NCBI GenBank assembly: GCA_903847415.1
Contig: CAINDR010000015.1
Coordinates: forward strand, 33,872 to 97,871
Length of the DNA stretch: 64,000 bases
Reading direction: 5' to 3'
Origin: Candidatus Falkowbacteria bacterium
GTDB taxonomy: Bacteria > Patescibacteriota > Patescibacteriia > Patescibacteriales > UBA12465
Program-made: the position numbers and the translations under genes
The notes under the pieces: model-generated
What the model was told of the DNA's origin: nothing
Database searches by the model: none
What the model saw: only the letters and a program-made list of their open reading frames with translations
In this document: positions 53,049-63,601 of the stretch, piece by piece
Position numbering within the stretch: the first letter of the stretch is position 1
How the letters are laid out: every line of letters starts with the position of its first letter

Positions 53049-54269
53049 ATGCTAACTAGTGATTTATTAAAAGAAACCTACAGCGCAGTAACCGCCAATA
53101 AGGTGCGATCTGGTTTAACAATGTTGGGAATTGTGATCGGTATTGGTTCGGTAATTGCGATGGTTTCAATTGGGCAGGGAGCGCAGAGTTCTATTGAAAG
53201 TAGTATTCAATCGATTGGTTCAAATTTAGTGATGGTGATTCCAGGTGCTCAAAAAGGTGGTTTTAGTCCAGCAAATTCTGGGAGAGGAACTGCTCAAAGT
53301 TTGACTCTTGATGATGCGATGGCCATCAGAGAACAGGTTGATAATTTAAAAGCCGTTTCTCCGGAAGTTTCCAGACGTTATCAGGTGACCCAAAAAGATA
53401 AAAATACAAACACCTCAATTGTTGGTGCGACTGCTCAATATCAAATTGCAAAGAATTTAGAGATTGAACAAGGAGTTTTTATTTCTGAGCTCCAAGAAAA
53501 AACTTTTGCCAAGGTCGCAATTCTTGGTCCAACCACCAAAAACGATCTCTTTGGTGATAGTAGTGCGATTGGTGAGACAATTAAGATTAATCAAATTAAT
53601 TTCAAAGTCATTGGAGTTGCAAAATCGAAAGGTGGTTCAAGTTTTTCGAATCAAGATGATCAAATCTTTGTGCCAATTGCAACTGCTCAGCATTTTTTGG
53701 TTGGCAATGATTACGTAAATAGTATTAATATTTCAGCTAAAGATCAAGAATCTTTATCAATGGTCCAAAGCCAAGTGAAGGCCTTACTTCTGAAAAGACA
53801 TAAAATAAAAAACGAAGTTGATGCTGATTTTAGTCTTTATACTCAAGCAGATATTGTGGCAGCCGCTTCAACTGTTACGGGAACTTTCACAATCTTATTG
53901 GGAGCAATCGCCGGAATCTCTTTGCTCGTTGGCGGCATTGGAATTATGAACATGATGCTCACCACTGTAACCGAAAGAACCAGGGAAATTGGTTTGCGAA
54001 AAGCAATTGGTGCTAGAAGGAGAGATATTTCTAGCCAATTTTTAGCAGAGGCTGTTATGTTAACTTTTTTTGGTGGGGTGCTTGGAGTTCTGTTTGGCTT
54101 TAGTTTGTCCTTAGTTGTTTCTAGGCTTTTTAATCTTACTTCAACTATTTCTACTTCGGCAGTGTTGTTAGCTTTTGGGGTTTCGGCAGGAATTGGGATT
54201 ATTTTTGGTTATTATCCAGCGAAGAGGGCTTCAAAATTAAACCCAATTGACGCTTTGCGCTACGAGTAA
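53049..54269 (+). CDS. MacB-family ABC permease
   Basis: RSGLTMLGIVIGIGSV, GGIGIMNMML..ERTREIGLRKAIGA, PAKRASKLNPIDALRYE. Confidence 0.92.
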   Translation: MLTSDLLKETYSAVTANKVRSGLTMLGIVIGIGSVIAMVSIGQGAQSSIESSIQSIGSNLVMVIPGAQKGGFSPANSGRGTAQSLTLDDAMAIREQVDNLKAVSPEVSRRYQVTQKDKNTNTSIVGATAQYQIAKNLEIEQGVFISELQEKTFAKVAILGPTTKNDLFGDSSAIGETIKINQINFKVIGVAKSKGGSSFSNQDDQIFVPIATAQHFLVGNDYVNSINISAKDQESLSMVQSQVKALLLKRHKIKNEVDADFSLYTQADIVAAASTVTGTFTILLGAIAGISLLVGGIGIMNMMLTTVTERTREIGLRKAIGARRRDISSQFLAEAVMLTFFGGVLGVLFGFSLSLVVSRLFNLTSTISTSAVLLAFGVSAGIGIIFGYYPAKRASKLNPIDALRYE

Positions 54270-54295
54270 AAACAACAACCAATATTTTTGTGAAG

Positions 54296-54331
54296 ACCGA
54301 TAATTATTGAGAGAAAATTGTCGGTTTTTTT
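54296..54331 (+). terminator. Rho-independent terminator
   Basis: ACCGATAATT/AATTGTCGGT stem plus T-tract. Confidence 0.65.
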
Positions 54332-54387
54332 GTTTGCTATGATTACTGATTTATTGTAAAATATAGGCAGGTGAAACTTTATTTTTT

Positions 54388-55104
54388 ATGGCTGATCAAA
54401 ATGATAAAACTTCAGGAGAGTTACGCGAAGCGAAGCGTTCTTCCGTTATCGATCAGCAATTAATGAACCAGCCTTCATCAGTGAAAAACGATTCTTTGGA
54501 TGATAAAGATTTGGATAATCAAGAAGAATCTGGTGGCCAGAATAATCAGGTTGATGGCAATAATTCACCAGAAAGTAATTCTCAAGCTGGTGAAGATTAT
54601 GCAAATGTTCGAGAGCAACAAAATCAAGCCCGAGTAGAGCAGGAAAATCAAGAGAATGAAGGCGCGGAAGATTCAGACTTTGCAAAAAAATCTTCTCCTC
54701 CAAACCCGATGGCCATAGCTACTTCTGGAGCTTTGAAAGGCGCCTGGGAAAGCTTGATTGAATCTTTCGGGCTTAGTATTCTCTATGTCGATCTCCATTT
54801 TTTATTGAATAAAATTGTTGGTGACAAGGTTTTTCCTAAACTTGGTCATGAATGGGTGCCAAAAGAAATTGCTAAAGTTGGCGGTGACAAAGCGGAAGAA
54901 ATTGGTAAAAAAATTGAGATATTTGAAACTGGTGGTTGTTGTGCAGTTAATTCTTGTTGTTTAGTCGCACTTTTAATGTCTTTAACCCCTTTCATGTTAG
55001 TTTTGTATGTTTATAACAACAAAGCAGAGGCAATTCAAACTATGACACAAGTCGTTGTTGACTTTGTTGAGATAATTGTAAGTAAGATGTTAGGACTCGA
55101 TTAA
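54388..55104 (+). CDS. Hypothetical membrane protein with acidic disordered N-terminus
   Basis: 238-aa ORF, N/Q/E-rich N-terminus, Cys-rich TM segment. Confidence 0.7.
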   Translation: MADQNDKTSGELREAKRSSVIDQQLMNQPSSVKNDSLDDKDLDNQEESGGQNNQVDGNNSPESNSQAGEDYANVREQQNQARVEQENQENEGAEDSDFAKKSSPPNPMAIATSGALKGAWESLIESFGLSILYVDLHFLLNKIVGDKVFPKLGHEWVPKEIAKVGGDKAEEIGKKIEIFETGGCCAVNSCCLVALLMSLTPFMLVLYVYNNKAEAIQTMTQVVVDFVEIIVSKMLGLD

Positions 55105-55150
55105 AAATATTTTTTTTTCGGCATCTTTATAAGATAATTTTTTAACTGAA

Positions 55151-57802
55151 ATGATTAATAAAATACACAATCTTTTCAAGAAACTGCGACACATTAAGTC
55201 GAGAAATATTTTTGTGGCGTCGTTTATTTTGATTGTTGCTTTTTTTGTTGTTGGTTATACTAATGCCACAGTTGGCACGGCAATAGCCACCATGATTGGT
55301 TGGGTTCTTTTTGGGATCGCTTGGTCATTGGGGCAGCTTCTGGTTTTAATGATGGAAATCTTAGTCTGGATTGCTCAATGGAGTACTTTTATTTCTGCAC
55401 CAGCAGTTGGTTTTGGTTGGAAAATTGTTCGTGATATTTGCAATATGTTTTTCGTGGTGATTATGTTAGTGATTGCTTTTGCAACTGTTTTGCGGGTTGA
55501 AAAATATAGTTATGAGAAATTATTGCCAAAGCTAATTATCATGGCAATCCTAATTAATTTTTCAAAAATGATTTGTGGTCTGATTATTGATGTCTCTCAG
55601 GTGGTGATGTTAACTTTTGTGAATTCTTTTAAAGATGTTGCTGGTACAAATCTTACTCAGATGATGGGCCTAAACACTATCACTAGCATGAATGCAAATG
55701 ATGCAAATACTGATAGTGATGTAACCGGTTGGTCAATTCTAGGTGCTTATGTTTTAGCAATTATTTACATTATTATTAGTTTAATTACTATTATCACGAT
55801 GGTTTTGATGTTGGCGATGAGAATTGTGATGATGTGGATCTATGTTGTTTTATCGCCGATGGCCTATTTACTCGGAGCTTTCCCCGATGGGCAGAAGTAT
55901 GCCTCAAAATGGTGGACAGAATTTTCTCAGAATGTAATCGTTGGTCCAGTTTTAGCTTTTTTCATTTGGCTTTCTTTTGCTTCTCTCGGAGGTGTAACTG
56001 ATCAAGCTTCTATTGGTGGCGTGACTTCTGCAGCGCCAACGGGATCTGAGGTGACTGGTAGTAATAATGAAGGATCTGAATCCTTAACTGTAGCTGGCTC
56101 ACCCAATCACATGCTGAACTTTGTGATTTCAATTGCCATGCTTTATGGTGGACTTCAGATTAGTCAATCAATTGGCGGGGCAGCGGGTGGAATGGCAGGA
56201 AAGGGGATTAGTGCTATAAATCAGGGAAAGGGGATGATCACAAAACCAATCATGGCCGGAGCTTTAGCTGCCGGTCTTTATGCTAAAGGAAAAGGAATTC
56301 AGGGAGCAAAATGGACTGGAAGAATGGGCAAGACTGTTCTTGGTGGTCTTGATCGTATGGCTGGGGCAAAAGTTGATAAGTGGAGAAAAGATAAAAATGG
56401 TGTTATTAAAAAAGGACCAACTTTTGCTGGCGAAGGCTTAGTCTCTACAGGTGCTGGCTTTGTAGTTAATAGACCTAAAAATTGGTGGAACGAAAAGAAA
56501 GCTAAATGGAATAAGGACGATTCTTTGAATCAAAATCTAAGAACTTTTGGTGAAAATAAAAAAAGAGATAAAGATGCTTTCTTAAAACATGATAGTAAAG
56601 AATGGGACCTTCAAGCTAACGGCACATTTATCAATAGAGCTGACACAGATGAAGTTTTACGAGATAGTAAGGGTCGTGACGTCACAGAACTTTCACCAAT
56701 GAAATCAGCTTGGCAACAGGCTTGGCGTGACACCAATGGAAAGGCTCAATCTGAATCTAGTAAAAAACAAGAAAAAGAAATTTCTGAGAAACAACAACAA
56801 ATGGCTGACTCTAATCTTACTGTTGATGAAATGCTGCAGAAGTTTATGAGAGTTTCTACTTCAGCTACCGAGAAAATGGCTCTGGCAATGACTTTGGCGG
56901 CTAAGGGTGCTTTTGAAAACAAAGATCAGGTCAAAGCAGCCAAAGCGGCTGTTGGAAATAATTATGTTCTTGGTAAGAAAATTAATGATGAAATTGACAA
57001 GAACCAAGCTCACTTAAATTATGATTTTCAAAGCCCTGAAGGGATTGCTAAGTTTAAGGCGCGATATGATTTAGGGAAAATCGATGGCACAAGTTCAAAA
57101 GCCGCAGCTCTTGGAGATAACCATTATCTAGCAGCATTAGAAAGTCAACTTGGCCCAACTGAATTCCTAGAAGTTCTTAAAGCTAATGTTCGAAAAGGTG
57201 GCAGAAAATCTTCTGATGCTATTGAGGATGGTTTAAAAAAGATGGCCGCCGCAGCAGGAGGTAAGGGAGATAATACAGAAAAAAATAAAAAATTAGCAAT
57301 GGCTGCTAGTATTTCAGGGAAATTAGAGCAAATCTTTACTATTGATAACAATGGTACACAAACATTAGACGCAGACGCAATTACTCATCATTTTGCAAAT
57401 TCTGATGCCAGGGATGTTAATAAAATTGATAAGGCAGAGTTGGAGGCATCTTTTGGTTTAGGTGGTGGTTTGGCCGGAAGCGTTGGAGCTGAAATTAAGA
57501 GTGCTGTGATTGATGGTCTTGATGTAACAAAGCTATCGGCCATGCAAGCCGCTGGAGCAAAAACTGACGCTCTCAGGGAGTTGATTGAGGCGATTATGAG
57601 CAGTCAGGGAAATGATAGAAAGAAAGCTGATATTTTAGCAAATGCTAAGCTTCGGCCATTGATTGATACAAAATACATTCCTCCTGCACCAACTACATCC
57701 ACTGCTACGTCTGCTCCAATAACCACACCAGCTCAGTCTGTAAATCCAGCAGCTCGTTCACGACGACCAGGAGGATCAAATTATCGTCCCTCCAATCCTT
57801 AA
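55151..57802 (+). CDS. VirB6/TrbL-like T4SS membrane protein with long soluble C-terminus
   Basis: GWKIVRDICN, LINFS, RIVMMWIYVVLSPMAY, KWW, Gly-rich linker; in PrgI/VirB4 cluster. Confidence 0.7.
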   Translation: MINKIHNLFKKLRHIKSRNIFVASFILIVAFFVVGYTNATVGTAIATMIGWVLFGIAWSLGQLLVLMMEILVWIAQWSTFISAPAVGFGWKIVRDICNMFFVVIMLVIAFATVLRVEKYSYEKLLPKLIIMAILINFSKMICGLIIDVSQVVMLTFVNSFKDVAGTNLTQMMGLNTITSMNANDANTDSDVTGWSILGAYVLAIIYIIISLITIITMVLMLAMRIVMMWIYVVLSPMAYLLGAFPDGQKYASKWWTEFSQNVIVGPVLAFFIWLSFASLGGVTDQASIGGVTSAAPTGSEVTGSNNEGSESLTVAGSPNHMLNFVISIAMLYGGLQISQSIGGAAGGMAGKGISAINQGKGMITKPIMAGALAAGLYAKGKGIQGAKWTGRMGKTVLGGLDRMAGAKVDKWRKDKNGVIKKGPTFAGEGLVSTGAGFVVNRPKNWWNEKKAKWNKDDSLNQNLRTFGENKKRDKDAFLKHDSKEWDLQANGTFINRADTDEVLRDSKGRDVTELSPMKSAWQQAWRDTNGKAQSESSKKQEKEISEKQQQMADSNLTVDEMLQKFMRVSTSATEKMALAMTLAAKGAFENKDQVKAAKAAVGNNYVLGKKINDEIDKNQAHLNYDFQSPEGIAKFKARYDLGKIDGTSSKAAALGDNHYLAALESQLGPTEFLEVLKANVRKGGRKSSDAIEDGLKKMAAAAGGKGDNTEKNKKLAMAASISGKLEQIFTIDNNGTQTLDADAITHHFANSDARDVNKIDKAELEASFGLGGGLAGSVGAEIKSAVIDGLDVTKLSAMQAAGAKTDALRELIEAIMSSQGNDRKKADILANAKLRPLIDTKYIPPAPTTSTATSAPITTPAQSVNPAARSRRPGGSNYRPSNP

Positions 57803-57845
57803 TCAATATGGTAATCCTATCAATCCCTAATCTCAAAAATCACTT

Positions 57846-58907
57846 ATGATCACTTCAGAAAATCAATTGAATAATTTAGACCCTCAAGTATCTGAATTTT
57901 TAAATTCAATTATTCGAGGTTCTTTGACTGTTGAATTGGCTGAAAAATATAAACTTAGTAATAATCTAATTCCTTCAATTGTTGATTTGATTTTTAATGT
58001 GGCTAGTTCGCAGGTTTCTTTTTCGAAAATCCCTCAAGAATCAAGTAAATTATTTTCTCTTGATGACGCCACAGCTCTTTCTTTTTCCCTTGATTTGATT
58101 GGGCAAAACTTTCTTTTTTTGGCAAGTTATTTTCCAGAAATGATGCCCGTCTTTGAATCTCTCGGTGGTCAACCGGAAAAATATAGTGAAGTGATTGGAA
58201 GGATTAGCCAAGCTTTAGCGGAAGAGCGAAAATATTTCGCCAAACAATTAGAACCAGAAAAAGAATATGTTTTTCAAGAAAAAGTTGTTGAGGAAATTTT
58301 TGGACGTGAAGAATATATAGAAATTTTTCACCAGGGAGTTTTGCAATTTTTATTTAAAATTTCTGACGCTAGTACTGCCGAAGATTTTAACCGCGACCTT
58401 CTTCTTTTTCTTGTTGATCATCTTTCGGTGAAAAATGAACTATTCAAAGGCTTGATGAATAACCAGGAATTACTTGGTGAACAAAGGATCATTTTAGAAA
58501 ATAAGAACGTCGACCAGACTATTGCTAATTGGTTAAAAGATTTTATTAAAGAAAAGGGAAGTGATTTATTTGATGAGTTAATTCTAGCCGAATATTTAAC
58601 CAGCTCTAGAAATCCAAAAAGTCTATCTAGCGATGGCAAAGATTTGCTTCGGAGGGTTTTGAAGCTATATCGCAATATTGCTTTTTTTCCAGAAAGCCAA
58701 GGAAACCTTGATCCTGAAAAATGGCAAATTTTGCCGTTTACTGATAATGACGAACGACTTGATTCTTCGGCAAAAAACTTCACAACAAGACATGAAAATT
58801 CTTTGCGTCAAGAACTAGAATTATCACTAAAAACTTTCCCCGTCGGCAGTTTGGAGCATCGCGCAGCCAGCGAAGAATTAGCTCGTTTGGATAAAAATAT
58901 TAATTAG
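57846..58907 (+). CDS. Hypothetical protein (T4SS locus)
   Basis: 353-aa helical ORF, TIANWLKDF motif. Confidence 0.7.
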   Translation: MITSENQLNNLDPQVSEFLNSIIRGSLTVELAEKYKLSNNLIPSIVDLIFNVASSQVSFSKIPQESSKLFSLDDATALSFSLDLIGQNFLFLASYFPEMMPVFESLGGQPEKYSEVIGRISQALAEERKYFAKQLEPEKEYVFQEKVVEEIFGREEYIEIFHQGVLQFLFKISDASTAEDFNRDLLLFLVDHLSVKNELFKGLMNNQELLGEQRIILENKNVDQTIANWLKDFIKEKGSDLFDELILAEYLTSSRNPKSLSSDGKDLLRRVLKLYRNIAFFPESQGNLDPEKWQILPFTDNDERLDSSAKNFTTRHENSLRQELELSLKTFPVGSLEHRAASEELARLDKNIN

Positions 58908-58914
58908 GGACAAA

Positions 58915-60498
58915 ATGTTTGATTATTTGCAACAATTTAATCGTTTGGCTAAAGAATTACGTGATTCTGTTTCCTCATCAGAAGCAATGAAATCTTTAGA
59001 TGAAATCGAAGCTAAATATGGAGTTAAACTCGCTTCGGTAGTTATGAGAATAATGGTTAAGGATTTACCACTCCTAAAATTACCACTTTTTTTGGCTTCC
59101 GAATTTTCTCTTAACGAAGAAGATGCTAAAAAAATTGTTGATGATTTAAAGAATAGTGTTTTTAAAAAAGTTTCTTCCTATTTGGGTTTTGTACCAGTAA
59201 TTAAACCAGAAAATCTTGATGATAAAATTAGTAATATTTTGCAAGCCGGAGCGCTTTCTTTTGCTAGTCAAAATTTAGTTGATCGTTTTAAATCAGCGGC
59301 GAAAACTTATTTACATGGTGTTCGGGGAAAGATTGATACTCGCTTAATTTTGCAAAAGAGTGTTGATGCTGGCGGGCTCGGGTTATCAACTGAAAAGACC
59401 GATCAAATTTTAGCTCTTTTAGACGGTAATTTGCCACCAGTTGTGGTGGCTAAAAAGTCATCAGCGCTTGATGACTTAATTGCCAAAAGTGTTATTCAAC
59501 CAGAATATAGTTTGGCGGCAGCAATTGAAGAAAGAAAAAAGAAACTTCTTGCCAAAAAAGAACTTCAAGCAGGAGAAGATGTTTTAGATTTTCCACTTCA
59601 TCAGACGCAAAAAGATCTTCCTTTGCCAGAAAATTTGCCATTTGCTGAACTTAAAAAAGAAATCCCCAAATTGAGCAAAATAGAAGTGCCGGTCGTTAAA
59701 AAAGATGATGAAATTGCTAGTCCAGAAGAGATTGAAGCTTTTTTGAAGAAAATTTCTCAAAATCAACAGCCAGAAGAAACGGTTAAGCCAGTCGAAGAGA
59801 AAATTTCTGCACCAACCCCAATAGTTAAGGTTGTTGAAGAAAAAAAAGAACAAGAACCGCCGACACCGGTCAACAAAGTTGTTGCTCCAACTCCTTTGCC
59901 AGATTTAAAAAAAGTTGAAACTCCTCTTATTGAAAAAGAACTGGCCAATGGAGAAATAAAGATTAACGTCCAACAAACAGCAAAAGAGATTTCTGCTGGA
60001 ACCCCAGAAATTAATAGCAATGGAATTAGTTTTCAGGCGATTCCCACCAACAAACTACTAGAACCAACTAGAATAATTCCACCAGTTGCCGCCCCGACTT
60101 TAAAAGTAGCACCACTTAGCTCTGTTGGTGTCCAGGGAAAAACTCGCATGGATGACGTGAAGGCAGCACCACGAATTATGGGGCCAATTGAAGAGTTGCG
60201 ATTTTTGGATTTAGTTAGTTTTCGTCGTTTATCTCATAACCCCGGAGAAGCTACTGCTAAGATTTTTGCTAAAATAAAATTATTAGAAAAGGCTGGTTAT
60301 GATCGAATGACCTCGGGAATTGCAGCTTGGCGACAAAGTGAAACCAGTCATCTTTATTTAAAGATGTGTCACGATTCCGCTTTTCAAGCCAAACCTTTGA
60401 CGGAAATTATTAAAAGTTATCAGGCTAAGAATGAAGATTATTTAACTCAAGAAGAGATTGATTCAATTATGGCCCTTAATGCCAAGCTTCTTTTTTAA
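58915..60498 (+). CDS. Hypothetical protein with Pro/Glu-rich linker (T4SS locus)
   Basis: 527 aa; GGLGL motif, C-terminal MGPIEEL..FRRL..AWRQS domain. Confidence 0.7.
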   Translation: MFDYLQQFNRLAKELRDSVSSSEAMKSLDEIEAKYGVKLASVVMRIMVKDLPLLKLPLFLASEFSLNEEDAKKIVDDLKNSVFKKVSSYLGFVPVIKPENLDDKISNILQAGALSFASQNLVDRFKSAAKTYLHGVRGKIDTRLILQKSVDAGGLGLSTEKTDQILALLDGNLPPVVVAKKSSALDDLIAKSVIQPEYSLAAAIEERKKKLLAKKELQAGEDVLDFPLHQTQKDLPLPENLPFAELKKEIPKLSKIEVPVVKKDDEIASPEEIEAFLKKISQNQQPEETVKPVEEKISAPTPIVKVVEEKKEQEPPTPVNKVVAPTPLPDLKKVETPLIEKELANGEIKINVQQTAKEISAGTPEINSNGISFQAIPTNKLLEPTRIIPPVAAPTLKVAPLSSVGVQGKTRMDDVKAAPRIMGPIEELRFLDLVSFRRLSHNPGEATAKIFAKIKLLEKAGYDRMTSGIAAWRQSETSHLYLKMCHDSAFQAKPLTEIIKSYQAKNEDYLTQEEIDSIMALNAKLLF

Positions 60499-60501
60499 GT
60501 T

Positions 60502-60966
60502 ATGCAACAGTTCACCGTCCCCCAATTTATTGATGTTGAAAGTAAGATTATCGGACCAATTACTGTCCGTCAGTTTTTGATTTTTCTTGGTTTTGGGGTT
60601 TTCATTGCTTTGTTTTATCGAATTTTTGATTTCGCTTTATTTCTTACCACCTCAATTCCGTCGGCAATTTTAGCAGTGATGTTTGCTTTCGCAAAAATTA
60701 ATGGCCGGCCTTTGCATCTTTTCTTGATTAGTATGCTCCAAACTTGGCGGCGCCCAGGAATTAGGGTTTGGAATAATAAAAATAATATTGTTGAAGAGGA
60801 AAAGAAAATTTATATTTTTAATGAAAAATTACCAACCAAGGAATTCTATCATCGTTCTCGTTTAGCGGAACTTTCTTTAATTGTTGATACTTCCGGAGAG
60901 TATCGTGGGACCTGGGAAGATGATAATGACATCATGGATGATCATGAAAGTGGTGTTAATCTTTAA
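60502..60966 (+). CDS. prgI: PrgI-family protein (VirB3-like)
   Basis: VPQFIDVESKIIGPITVRQF, 2 TM, KINGRP. Confidence 0.85.
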   Translation: MQQFTVPQFIDVESKIIGPITVRQFLIFLGFGVFIALFYRIFDFALFLTTSIPSAILAVMFAFAKINGRPLHLFLISMLQTWRRPGIRVWNNKNNIVEEEKKIYIFNEKLPTKEFYHRSRLAELSLIVDTSGEYRGTWEDDNDIMDDHESGVNL

Positions 60967-60971
60967 GTTTT

Positions 60972-61655
60972 ATGGATAAACCAGACAAATTAGCAAAAAA
61001 TAAAATCAGCGTTTCCACTCAGCAGTATTTGAATATCAATGAGATCAAGGGAGATAGCGTGATAATGCGTGATGGCACAATGCGGGCAGTCTTGTTAGCT
61101 TCCAGTATTAACTTTGCCCTGAAGAGTGAAGATGAGCAGAATGCCGTGATTGAGTCCTATATTCGTTTTTTGAATAATTTAACTTTTTCTTTGCAAGTGG
61201 TAATTCAGTCTCGAGAATTAAATATCTCTTCCTATCTAGAATACTTAAAAGAGAAAGAAAAAGAACAAACCAATCGTCTCTTAAAAATGCAGACTGGTGA
61301 TTACATTGATTACATTCAAGAATTAACTTCAATTGGAAAAATCATGAACAAACGTTTTTACGTGGTTGTTCCTTATAGTCCACTTTCCGATAAGCACAAA
61401 AGTACTCTTGGTTTATTGACCGAATCTTTGAAGCCAGCTACTTCTGTTAAATTGAAAGATAAGAAATTTTTAGAATACAAAGAAATGCTTGATCGACGAG
61501 TGGAAAGTGTTGTTGGTAGTTTGGAGGCCATGGGAGTTAAAACAGTGCGATTGGATACCCAAGGATTAATTGAGCTTTATTATAATACTTATAATCCAGA
61601 AACCGCTAAAAACCAAGCGTTAGTTGATTTAAATAAACTCCGCGTAGAAAGATAA
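60972..61655 (+). CDS. TraC/VirB4 N-terminal-like protein
   Basis: SINFALKSEDEQ, KRFYVVVPY, ELYYNTYNP; precedes VirB4. Confidence 0.75.
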   Translation: MDKPDKLAKNKISVSTQQYLNINEIKGDSVIMRDGTMRAVLLASSINFALKSEDEQNAVIESYIRFLNNLTFSLQVVIQSRELNISSYLEYLKEKEKEQTNRLLKMQTGDYIDYIQELTSIGKIMNKRFYVVVPYSPLSDKHKSTLGLLTESLKPATSVKLKDKKFLEYKEMLDRRVESVVGSLEAMGVKTVRLDTQGLIELYYNTYNPETAKNQALVDLNKLRVER

Positions 61656-61656
61656 T

Positions 61657-63576
61657 ATGATTAATTTCAAAAATAACAATCAGCTTTCAGAGGATTCCTC
61701 GAAAAAACCGGATGTTTTAGATCGGATTATCGATCAAGGACAAAGGAGGACGACAGACAGTCTGGAGTCTGACCCAAAATTAACCAGGGAAATTATTGAA
61801 GAAGAAAAAGCATTTCGTCTTGGTATTTTGTCGGTTCGTGATCTGATTTCCCCCGCTAGCATGAAGGTTGATTCAACTTTTTTGCGCCTAGGATCTCGAT
61901 ATGTTAGAACTTTTTTTGTGGTTAATTATCCTAGATATATTAGCGTTGGTTGGTTTGCCCCAATTATCAACTTAAATTTAAATTTTGATGTTTCCATGTT
62001 TTTTTATCCAGTGAAGAGTGCTGTGATTTTAAAACAACTTCGAAATCGAGTTGGTGCTCTGGAAGCTCAGATCGCTGGTGATGCTGACAAAGGAGCGGCT
62101 CGTGACCCAATGAGAGAAACAGCGTTAAGGGATATCGAATATTTGCGAGATGCTTTGACGCAGGGGACTGAGAAATTTTTTCAATTTGCTCTTTATGTCA
62201 CCGCTTACGCCAATGATTTAGAGGAATTGGATCGGATTTCTGATCAGGTTGAGGATATTTTTGGCTCTCGTCTGGTTTATTCAAAACGAGTATTTTTTCA
62301 AGCAGAGCAAGGATTTAATTCAACCTTACCATTAGGAGACGATGAGTTGTACATTACCTTTAACATGAATTCTTCACCGATTGCTTCTTCCTTTCCTTTT
62401 ATTTCTAGTGAACTTTCTAGTGATCGGGGAATTCTTTACGGAATCAATCGGCACAATAATAGTTTGATTCTTTTTGATCGCTTTTCTTTGCAGAATGCTA
62501 ATTCAGTGGTGTTTGCGACTTCTGGTGCGGGAAAAAGTTATGCAATTAAGCTTGAGGTTTTAAGATCCTTGATGTTAGGGACGGATGTGATTATCATTGA
62601 TCCAGAGTATGAATATAAACATCTTTCAGATGCAGTTGGCGGAACTTATATTAATATCTCTCTTTCTAGTGACAATCGGATTAATCCTTTTGATTTACCC
62701 CGTTCAATTGGCGGAGAAGCTAGACCAAAGGATATCATTCGAAGTGCGGTTATCACCTTGAAAGGTCTGGTTCGCTTAATGATTGGTAAGCTGACTTATG
62801 ATGAGGATTCAGTTGTTGATCGAGCTCTTTTAGAAACTTATGCTAAAAAAGATATTACTCCGGACGCTGATCTCAGTAAAATCGAGGCTCCAACGATGAG
62901 TGATTTTGAGCAAGTTCTAGAAGGCATGGAGGGTGGTGCCGATCTGGCTTTAAGATTAAAAAAATATACTGAAGGAACTTTTGCTGGTTTATTGAATAAT
63001 TTTACGAATGTGGAGATGGATAATCAGCTCGTTAGTTTTTCAGTTCGTGATTTGGAAGATGAACTGCGACCAATTGCGATTTACACTATTGTTAATTATA
63101 TCTGGAACGTTGTTCGCAGTGAGACTAAAAAAAGAATTTTAGTAATTGATGAAGCTTGGTGGATGATGCAAAACGAAGATTCCGCGAAGTTTATTTTTGC
63201 CTTAGTAAAGAGATGCCGTAAATATTATTTAGGGGTAACAACCATTACTCAGGATGTTAATGACTTTTTAACCTCGCCCTACGGAAAAGCGATTGTAACT
63301 AACTCATCTTTGCAGATTCTTTTAAAGCAATCACCAGCGGCAATTGAATTAATTCAAAAAACCTTTTTGTTGACTGAAGGTGAAAAATATCTACTTTTAG
63401 AATGTGGATTAGGAGAGGGAATTTTCTTTGCTGGGAATAAACATGTCGCAATGAAAGTGGTGGCATCCTATTCTGAGGATCAGTTAATTACTTCCGACCC
63501 ACGTCAATTGTTGGAAATTGAAGAAGCTAAAAAAGAATATGAAAAAAGTGTCAGAGAAGAAGAGGCGGCTGCCTAG
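61657..63576 (+). CDS. virB4: VirB4-like T4SS ATPase
   Basis: ATSGAGKS Walker A, IIDPEYEY, INPFD, VIDEAW, KRCRKY, TQD. Confidence 0.9.
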   Translation: MINFKNNNQLSEDSSKKPDVLDRIIDQGQRRTTDSLESDPKLTREIIEEEKAFRLGILSVRDLISPASMKVDSTFLRLGSRYVRTFFVVNYPRYISVGWFAPIINLNLNFDVSMFFYPVKSAVILKQLRNRVGALEAQIAGDADKGAARDPMRETALRDIEYLRDALTQGTEKFFQFALYVTAYANDLEELDRISDQVEDIFGSRLVYSKRVFFQAEQGFNSTLPLGDDELYITFNMNSSPIASSFPFISSELSSDRGILYGINRHNNSLILFDRFSLQNANSVVFATSGAGKSYAIKLEVLRSLMLGTDVIIIDPEYEYKHLSDAVGGTYINISLSSDNRINPFDLPRSIGGEARPKDIIRSAVITLKGLVRLMIGKLTYDEDSVVDRALLETYAKKDITPDADLSKIEAPTMSDFEQVLEGMEGGADLALRLKKYTEGTFAGLLNNFTNVEMDNQLVSFSVRDLEDELRPIAIYTIVNYIWNVVRSETKKRILVIDEAWWMMQNEDSAKFIFALVKRCRKYYLGVTTITQDVNDFLTSPYGKAIVTNSSLQILLKQSPAAIELIQKTFLLTEGEKYLLLECGLGEGIFFAGNKHVAMKVVASYSEDQLITSDPRQLLEIEEAKKEYEKSVREEEAAA

Positions 63577-63601
63577 ATTATTTTTTTAAATTTAAAAATA
63601 T

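Noticed and set aside
2622-61332. Numerous 60-130 aa antisense or out-of-frame ORFs in the ORF track (e.g. 2622-3008, 8277-8627, 32150-32449, 58418-58783)
   Set aside because: They lie within well-supported genes on the other strand or frame and have no recognisable motifs; treated as shadow ORFs
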